A stretch of 64,000 nucleotides of DNA, taken from an uncultured cyanobacterium. Lineage in GTDB: Bacteria; Cyanobacteriota; Cyanobacteriia; Cyanobacteriales; Nostocaceae. Shown here one piece after another: positions 62,327 through 64,000 of this stretch. The stretch lies in the NCBI GenBank assembly GCA_963740315.1, contig CAVUDP010000002.1, positions 672,001-736,000 of the forward strand. The letters run 5' to 3'. The notes under the pieces were generated by a model, which saw only the letters and a list, made by a program, of their open reading frames with translations, was not told where the DNA came from and ran no database searches. Each line of letters begins with the position of its first letter. Position 1 is the first letter of the stretch. The position numbers were made by a program, and so were the translations under genes.

Positions 62327-63243
62327 TGAACAACGCGCAATCAAATCGTTTACAAATTCCTTTGGGGAAAGAAGCTCATCAAAAAGCTGAAGAATTTGCT
62401 GCGGAGCAAGAAACTGTAGAGAAAGGTAAACAAGTTTATCTGAATACTTTAGCAGTTTATGCCGTTAATAATTATCTGCAATGGCTAAATATTGAAACGG
62501 CGTTGCATCAAAGCGATAGCTGGAATTGTAGTATTAGGAAGTTCTTTGATGTTGCCGATTTAATGTTACCAAATGTTGGTAAAATAGAATGTCGTGCGGT
62601 ATTGCCTGGTGAGGATACTTTGGTTTTGCCCCAAGAGGTAACGCGAGAGCGAATTGGTTATGTGGCTGTTGGGCTAACAAAACAGTTAGATTTTGTTGAA
62701 ATATTAGGTTTTGTCTCAGCAAGAGCGATAATTGGGCATTCAGAAATAATTAAAATAAACCGATTGCAATCCCTTGATATTCTGATTGACACTATATATG
62801 GACGCAAAAATTTAGTAAATTTGTGTCAATGGTTGGAAGGAATATTCGATCGAGATTGGCAATCTCCAGAGTTAGTTTTAGCTAGTAATTTAAGAAGTGC
62901 TGCGGCTAGAACGAAGCATAATACTAATTCTATAACAAATTCGATCGGTCGCGCCAAAGTAATTAATGTTGGCAGACAGGTAGTTACATTAATGGAATTA
63001 ACGCCAACAAACAGTGCGTTTTTTGACATTCGTTTGCGGGTTTATCCGGCGGAAAATACCATTCATCTACCTAAAAATTTGCAACTTACTATCTTTGATG
63101 AATCGGGAAATGCTTGTATGAAAACTCAAGCAGAAAACAATGATGATTGGATGCAGCTTGAATTTAGCTGTCAACATGAAGAGAAATTCAGCGTGGAATT
63201 GAAGTTAGGGGAAACAAGTATTACCGAAGAGTTTGTTGTTTAA
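62326..63243 (+). CDS. DUF1822 family protein
   Basis: KQVYLNTLAVYAV, ADL, KIECR, RIGYVAV, VNLxQWL. Confidence 0.85.
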   Translation: MNNAQSNRLQIPLGKEAHQKAEEFAAEQETVEKGKQVYLNTLAVYAVNNYLQWLNIETALHQSDSWNCSIRKFFDVADLMLPNVGKIECRAVLPGEDTLVLPQEVTRERIGYVAVGLTKQLDFVEILGFVSARAIIGHSEIIKINRLQSLDILIDTIYGRKNLVNLCQWLEGIFDRDWQSPELVLASNLRSAAARTKHNTNSITNSIGRAKVINVGRQVVTLMELTPTNSAFFDIRLRVYPAENTIHLPKNLQLTIFDESGNACMKTQAENNDDWMQLEFSCQHEEKFSVELKLGETSITEEFVV

Positions 63244-63269
63244 ATGCATCAAACAATAGAGAGATTATT

Positions 63270-64000
63270 ATGGCAATTGTAAAACTTAAACTCAGGGAAA
63301 GCAAGCAAGGATTTCAGGTAGATTTAACTGCAAAGCAACTAGACGTTGAAACAGAGGGATTTTTACCTGCTCTACCACCGCAGTTGGAATTATCTTTTAA
63401 CGATTGGCAACTCGCTTACCGTCAAATTGATGCAGTGCGCTCTGTTTTCACTTCGCGTCAACTACGTATTACTCCTAAAAGCGTAACCAAATATTCCAGC
63501 GCCCAGCATACAACCTCGGTTAAAGAAGGTTTAAATCAATGGCTTAATTGTGGCGATCGCAGATGGTTGCCCGTGCGGGATAAATTAATTGCGATCGCTC
63601 AGCAGTTGCATCAAAAAAATGAGGAAATACGCATCATAATTGATGCTCGCGACGTTAACTTACGCCGCCTTCCTTGGCAAGAATGGAATTTATTTGAAGA
63701 ATATTATCCCCAGGTAGAAATTGCCCTGAGTGCGCCAAAAAGTACCTATCAAAAAACAGATTACCTACTTCCTCAAAGCTCAAAAATTAGAATTTTAGTT
63801 GCTGTCGGTAGAAGCGACGGTATTAATACCAAAGATGATTTAGAAGTAATTCAAGAGTTAGAACAACATGGTGCAGAAGTTGTTTGTTTAATGCAACCTA
63901 CCCCTAAAGAATTATGTAGCGCTTTGTGGGATGAACAAGGATATCATATTTTTATATTTACAGGACACAGTGGAAGTAGAGAAGATGGGGATATTGGTTG
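63270..64000 (+). CDS. CHAT-domain protein (3' end outside window)
   Basis: Own translation from ATG 63270: GFLPALP...LNQWLN...LRRLPWQEW...RILVAVG...IFIFTGHS. Confidence 0.85.
   Translation, partial: MAIVKLKLRESKQGFQVDLTAKQLDVETEGFLPALPPQLELSFNDWQLAYRQIDAVRSVFTSRQLRITPKSVTKYSSAQHTTSVKEGLNQWLNCGDRRWLPVRDKLIAIAQQLHQKNEEIRIIIDARDVNLRRLPWQEWNLFEEYYPQVEIALSAPKSTYQKTDYLLPQSSKIRILVAVGRSDGINTKDDLEVIQELEQHGAEVVCLMQPTPKELCSALWDEQGYHIFIFTGHSGSREDGDIG

Overview
Chromosomal window from a cyanobacterium: AT-rich, with many HIP1 GCGATCGC octamers and 7-9 nt tandem repeats typical of filamentous Nostocales (taxon inferred). From 5' to 3' it holds: the end of atpG; tmRNA (ssrA) followed by a gene with two tandem HNH-like nuclease domains and a DUF433/DUF5615 toxin-antitoxin pair; a multi-step two-component cluster (4.5-16.5 kb) with two small secreted proteins whose upstream regions share an 11-bp-periodic repeat; a ~20 kb locus (17.3-37.7 kb); a general-stress-like gene region; and ccmS-like, sigma-like, DUF1822 and CHAT genes. 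The 20 kb locus is the best candidate for an undescribed system. It combines Ycf46 AAA/DUF1257/DUF2997, an Hsp70-like and a GrpE-like gene, and a complete STM4011-STM4015-type enzyme set (two radical SAMs, a sulfatase-like hydrolase, an ATP-grasp). It also carries six WD40 or LRR proteins sharing one ~95-aa N-terminal module (DAVLGG...VLGGIEGVKRRL), three of which have a GGGAAnnCT box exactly 27 nt upstream of the start. Other highlights are an in-frame A_AAA_AAG -1 slippery site joining a CBS ORF to a hybrid kinase, a small protein resembling the primase PriL C-terminal domain, and several MITE/REP-like families, some inserted in-frame in genes. All family assignments come from motif recognition, not database searches.
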